Shown here one piece after another: positions 35,840-39,052 of a stretch of DNA of 39,052 bases. Every line of letters starts with the position of its first letter. Positions within the stretch are counted from its first letter, which is position 1. Source of the stretch: Promethearchaeati archaeon. GTDB lineage: Archaea; Asgardarchaeota; Njordarchaeia; Njordarchaeales; Njordarchaeaceae. Location: NCBI GenBank assembly GCA_026993975.1, contig JALWRR010000186.1, positions 1 to 39,052 of the forward strand, in the 5' to 3' direction. The translations under genes and the position numbers were made by a program. The notes beneath the pieces were generated by a model. The model was not told where the DNA came from, did no database searches, and saw only the letters and a list, made by a program, of their open reading frames with translations.

Positions 35840-37090
35840 TTGATTGAAGAGAAATATAGAAGGTTAATAGAGCTGATTATTGGATTTATTGTCTTGAGCG
35901 CTGGAACATATAAGATCACGTTTTATTTATCAGCGTTCTTTATGCTATTTCAGTCTCTAGTAATGATTGTTCTTGTCAGCATAGGTATAATAGTTGTTCT
36001 TAATGCACTAGCACTAATAAAGAGTATACATTATAGAAAGATTATAGCAATTCTATTAATCTTATTCATCGTGAGTTCAAGCGTTTTATTATCAAGTAGC
36101 TATTTGATTCCGCATAAAAAGCCGAAAATAATAGTTTATTTTGATTTGGATGAGATACAGTATGATGGCGTGTTCACAGATAAATTATCTGCAACTAGCA
36201 GTACGTATTGGATGCATTACTTAACGAGAGTGGGTGTTTTAATACCTCCTCTTACTTATCATAGTCCCTATGGATCGAGTCTCCCAGATGCATACATGAT
36301 GGTGACAGCCAGAACAGCTATGGCTACAAGGAATAACCCTATTGTTTGGAATTATCCTCAGAAAACAATACTAGATGCTGCATATGAGAAGGGATTCCAT
36401 ATTTTTGTTGGAATGGACTATAATGCTATGGAGATGGGTTGGCTCAAATGGTATAGTGGATCGAATATTATTGAGGAAATATTCAATGCTGGAAAGAAAG
36501 GGCTTTTTAATCAAACAATATCTGAAGCTGAAAAATTTATTCTAAAGCATCTAGATGGAAAGGTTTTCGTAACGATTTGGTGGTTTGAGCTAGATGAGGA
36601 AGAGAACACGGAAGAGTCAGGTACTAGATCTAAGGGATGGATTGATTCCGTGACGAGAATGGATAAAGCAATTGGTAAATTAATCAATTTCCTGAAAGAA
36701 AATAATTTTTGGAATGACACGTTACTAGCGATTACTGGTGATGAGGGAATAAATGATGGACCTTTCATGTATATGTATGGACCATTCACTAAGTATGATG
36801 TCTTTCTCCTCCTATATGGACCTGGAGTAAAAAGGGGAGTCACAATAAATTTTGGTTGGTATACTCATGCTGACGCTGTAGCAACAATCGCTTACCTTGC
36901 TGACCTAAACATGGGATTAATAGATGGTATTCCAATATATAGCGCGCTTGAAGCACCGGTGGAGTATCCTTATTACGTGACTTTTGCCTTATTAGTTATA
37001 ACAGCTATAATACTCCCTATCGCCGCTCTCCTAAGTATTCGCGATGCTATAAGCGAATTAAAGAAAAGAAAGCGTATGAAAGAAGAATAA
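35840..37090 (+). CDS. Membrane-anchored protein with a possible divergent alkaline-phosphatase-superfamily (type I phosphodiesterase-like) ectodomain
   Basis: It has three N-terminal TMs and one C-terminal TM. The order of segments (IIVYFDLDE..., ...SPYGSSLPDAYMMVTAR..., ...FELDEEEN...MDKAIGKLINFLKENNFWNDTLLAITGDEG) mirrors the family layout. The usual His ligands (PD..GH, SDHG) are replaced by acidic residues. This is a by-eye, low-certainty call. Confidence 0.45.
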   Translation: MIEEKYRRLIELIIGFIVLSAGTYKITFYLSAFFMLFQSLVMIVLVSIGIIVVLNALALIKSIHYRKIIAILLILFIVSSSVLLSSSYLIPHKKPKIIVYFDLDEIQYDGVFTDKLSATSSTYWMHYLTRVGVLIPPLTYHSPYGSSLPDAYMMVTARTAMATRNNPIVWNYPQKTILDAAYEKGFHIFVGMDYNAMEMGWLKWYSGSNIIEEIFNAGKKGLFNQTISEAEKFILKHLDGKVFVTIWWFELDEEENTEESGTRSKGWIDSVTRMDKAIGKLINFLKENNFWNDTLLAITGDEGINDGPFMYMYGPFTKYDVFLLLYGPGVKRGVTINFGWYTHADAVATIAYLADLNMGLIDGIPIYSALEAPVEYPYYVTFALLVITAIILPIAALLSIRDAISELKKRKRMKEE

Positions 37091-37215
37091 ATTAGTTAGA
37101 ATTTTTCCAAGATTTTTATTTTGAGCTAAAGATTAGATTCTAGTAATTCTTCACCACAGCTTTGCATTTATGACGAGGATGGGATCAGTAATACATAATA
37201 ATAAAAATGAAAAAG

Positions 37216-37434
37216 AATGTCCGCACTATTTCTGATTTTTGTTGTCTTGGGCTACTAGTGGTTCTTGGAGAACGGAGAGACATTAAACTCATGCTTGCAA
37301 TTCATAACCATGAATGGCTTATCAAGCTTTTTCCACATAATGTCTTGAATCCTATCACGACACTCGCTTGGTTCTCCCAGCCTAGTCACTCCTAATGCCT
37401 CGAGATAAAGTTCATGAAATAGTGCGGGCATTCC
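37216..37434. mobile_element. MITE-like non-autonomous element (219 bp) with ~18-bp terminal inverted repeats and a 9-bp flanking direct repeat
   Basis: The left end GAATGTCCGCACTATTTC (37215..37232) matches the reverse complement of the right end GAAATAGTGCGGGCATTC (37416..37433) at 17 of 18 positions. ATGAAAAAG occurs at 37207..37215 and again at 37435..37443, directly flanking the element. There is no transposase-sized ORF inside. Confidence 0.6.
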
Positions 37435-37449
37435 ATGAAAAAGAAATTC

Positions 37450-37492
37450 TTATATAGCTTAATTACTTAAAAAGTTTAGTTGGTTTAACTTT
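37450..37492 (+). promoter_or_regulatory. Promoter of the DtxR-family/feoAB operon: TATA-like TTATATA (37450..37456) followed by inverted repeat AAAGTT-N10-AACTTT (37471..37492), a candidate metalloregulator operator
   Basis: Read directly. The palindrome lies between the TATA box and TTG 37504, the classical position for autorepression. The arms are only 6 bp and AT-rich, so chance is not excluded. Confidence 0.35.
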
Positions 37493-37503
37493 AGTGATCA
37501 GAG

Positions 37504-38148
37504 TTGCTGAAATTAACTAGGAGTCAATCAGATGTACTAGCATGTATCTTTAGGTTGCTTGAGGACAATGATATAGCTAGAACTACTGAGATAGCTAGGA
37601 GATTAGGGTTAAGTAAATCTAGAGTGGTTCAAGTCTTAAAAGAGTTAGCTAGTATGAATCTAATCGTTTATAACAAGTATAGAGGAGCTAAATTAACTAA
37701 ATTAGGTGAAAAGATCGCTGCTGAGATAGTTAGGAAACATAGATTAATAGAGAAATTCCTGGTTGATAAGTTAGGAGTTGATGTTATTAAAGCACATCAG
37801 ATAGCGCATGAATTAGAGCACTCGCTGGATGATATATCCATTCTACTAAAGAGTTATAAGGGAGATAATAGGTGTCCTCACGGGAACCCAATTAATCCCG
37901 AGGAGAAATTGCTTGATAAGCGATTAGATGAGTTGGAAGAGGGGTCTTGCGGTATCATATCTAGGATATCAAATGAATCAAAAACTTTTCTTCAAACATT
38001 ATTAGAGCACTCTATCTGGATTGGTAAAGAGATTAAACTAGTGATGAAGACTCCGAAAGCGTTATTCGTTATTATTAATGGTCATGATTTCGTGTTGCCG
38101 AGAGAATTTGGTAAATATATTTACGTTAAGGTGAGAAATAATGATTAA
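37504..38148 (+). CDS. DtxR/IdeR/MntR-family metal-dependent transcriptional regulator with a C-terminal FeoA/SH3-like domain
   Basis: It has an N-terminal wHTH (TTEIARRLGLSKSRVVQVLKELA), a metal-site helix (HRLIEKFL...AHQIAHELEHSLDD), CPHGNPI and a C-terminal SH3-like domain. The start is TTG. It overlaps feoA by 8 nt. Confidence 0.85.
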   Translation: MLKLTRSQSDVLACIFRLLEDNDIARTTEIARRLGLSKSRVVQVLKELASMNLIVYNKYRGAKLTKLGEKIAAEIVRKHRLIEKFLVDKLGVDVIKAHQIAHELEHSLDDISILLKSYKGDNRCPHGNPINPEEKLLDKRLDELEEGSCGIISRISNESKTFLQTLLEHSIWIGKEIKLVMKTPKALFVIINGHDFVLPREFGKYIYVKVRNND

Positions 38149-38395
38149 TAATTATCCTAAAAAGAATCTAATCCCACTTGATTACGCTCAGGTTAATTTT
38201 AGAGTCAGGATAGTAAGTATTGAAGGGGGGTATGGTATTAGACAGAGATTATATGAGATGGGGCTTACTCCTGGAACAGAAATAATTGTCATATCCAATA
38301 ATGGGCGAGGCCCAATACTAGTTTCAACCAGAGGAATAACCCTAGCGATAGGTAGGGGAGTAGCTCGAAAAATATTAGTAGAGGTGAATTCCTGA
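38141..38395 (+). CDS. feoA: FeoA-family protein
   Basis: It is 84 aa, with VRIVSIEGGYGIRQRLYEMGLTPGTEIIVISNNGRGPILVSTRGITLAIGRGVARKILV matching the FeoA SH3-like pattern. A TGATG overlap links it to feoB. Confidence 0.85.
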   Translation: MINNYPKKNLIPLDYAQVNFRVRIVSIEGGYGIRQRLYEMGLTPGTEIIVISNNGRGPILVSTRGITLAIGRGVARKILVEVNS

Positions 38396-39052
38396 TGCCT
38401 TCTCAATCCTCAAAAGCAAAAAACATTGAAGAGATTGATCTAGTTGTAGCGGTCGCTGGGCAACCAAACGTTGGTAAATCAACATTTCTAAACAGACTCG
38501 TAGGAGCTATGTCACATGTAGGGAACTGGCCTGGGAAAACAGTTGATATATTGTCTGGCATTGTTGATTATGCTGGATTTAAAATAAAGATCATTGATTT
38601 GCCGGGGACTTATGGATTAAGTGGTGTAACAGAGGAGGAAGAAATTGCTAGGAAATATATTCTTGGAGAGATTGGAGAGAGAATTCATAGGCATAGAAGA
38701 TTTGTGTGCGAGAATTGCCCCCTGAGTCTAATTTGTCCCATGCCTAATTTCTGTCCAGCTAGGGTCCTAGAGAGGTTTTTCAAGAAAAAAGAGAAGGCTG
38801 TGATTCAAGCTCCAGATGTAGTTTTAGTAGTTGTTGATGCTACAGCTCTTGAGAGAACTCTATATTTAGCTATCTCTGTTCTGGAGGTTTTCCCGCACGT
38901 TGTAATAGCTGTTAATAAGATGGATGAAGCTAGATCTAAGGGCATTTATGTGGATACGAAATTATTATCAAAGAAACTAGGAGTTCCTGTGATACCAATA
39001 TCCGCTTTGCATGGTGAAGGATTAAGAGAGGTTTTGAGGGCTATCATAGATG
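38395..39052 (+). CDS. feoB: Ferrous iron transporter FeoB, N-terminal GTPase domain (partial; continues beyond the window), with a Cys-rich insertion
   Basis: This gene is not in the ORF track because no stop lies within the window. My translation from ATG 38395 gives G1 GQPNVGKST, G2 PGKTV, G3 DLPG, G4 NKMD and G5 SAL. An extra ~47 aa between YILGE and PDVVLVVVDA contains C-x2-C-x5-C-x5-C. Confidence 0.85.
   Translation, partial: MPSQSSKAKNIEEIDLVVAVAGQPNVGKSTFLNRLVGAMSHVGNWPGKTVDILSGIVDYAGFKIKIIDLPGTYGLSGVTEEEEIARKYILGEIGERIHRHRRFVCENCPLSLICPMPNFCPARVLERFFKKKEKAVIQAPDVVLVVVDATALERTLYLAISVLEVFPHVVIAVNKMDEARSKGIYVDTKLLSKKLGVPVIPISALHGEGLREVLRAIID

Noticed and set aside
37091-37206. Possible C/D-box sRNA (ATGACGA ... 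downstream elements) in the intergenic region before the MITE
   Set aside because: The C-box match is imperfect. No properly spaced CTGA D or D' boxes or terminal stem could be found on either strand.
37207-37395. 62-aa plus-strand ORF (MKKNVRTISDFCCLG...)
   Set aside because: It lies entirely inside the MITE-like element, and its ATG is part of the flanking direct repeat. It has no SD or TATA context and no family resemblance. It is most likely a chance ORF within the repeat.
1-39052. CRISPR arrays, rRNA and tRNA genes
   Set aside because: I saw no regularly spaced direct repeats of 24-40 bp. No intergenic region is both long enough and GC-rich or structured enough for a stable RNA gene in this AT-rich window.

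Overview
All calls below were made by eye from the sequence and ORF track; no searches or computations were run. This looks like a chromosomal segment of an AT-rich archaeon, probably a thermophilic crenarchaeon. Support for that: an archaeal-type ThiD-ThiN fusion, a Thi4 thiazole synthase, many GTG/TTG starts, GGTG-type Shine-Dalgarno sites inside operons, and TATA-like boxes about 25 nt upstream of apparently leaderless genes. I support about 35 protein genes and found no rRNA, tRNA or CRISPR array. Ordinary content includes thiDN/thi4, a five-gene Dpp/Opp/Nik-type ABC operon, a CDP-alcohol phosphatidyltransferase, a MacB/FtsX-type ABC pair, an EamA transporter and two HAD phosphatases. It also includes a malic enzyme, hydantoinase/oxoprolinase A+B, a PadR-regulated ABC-2 exporter with a CPBP protease, a transglutaminase-like protein, and a DtxR-family regulator with feoA-feoB (feoB runs off the window end). 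The observations most worth a second look are these. (1) The family-5 substrate-binding protein at 10047..12284 appears circularly permuted and has a TM anchor at both ends. (2) A very Trp/Gly/Arg-rich protein is translationally coupled to a NifX-like protein at 184..1070. (3) A membrane protein with a C-terminal NifX-like domain is the fifth gene of the Dpp-type operon. (4) The FeoB G-domain carries a four-cysteine insertion. (5) A 219-bp MITE-like element with 18-bp inverted termini and a 9-bp flanking direct repeat sits just upstream of the feo regulator promoter, and a second copy of the terminus lies at the window start. (6) A PadR / ABC-2 / CPBP module has a perfect 10+10 bp operator-like palindrome. 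(7) Several uncharacterised genes stand out: an 895-aa GNAT fusion, a three-gene block at 19.4-21.3 kb, and a coupled pair at 12.3-13.7 kb. I cannot single out one previously undescribed multi-gene system. The recurring metal/cofactor theme (two NifX-like domains, a DUF5320-like protein, a Nik/Dpp-type importer, Feo) is my best candidate.
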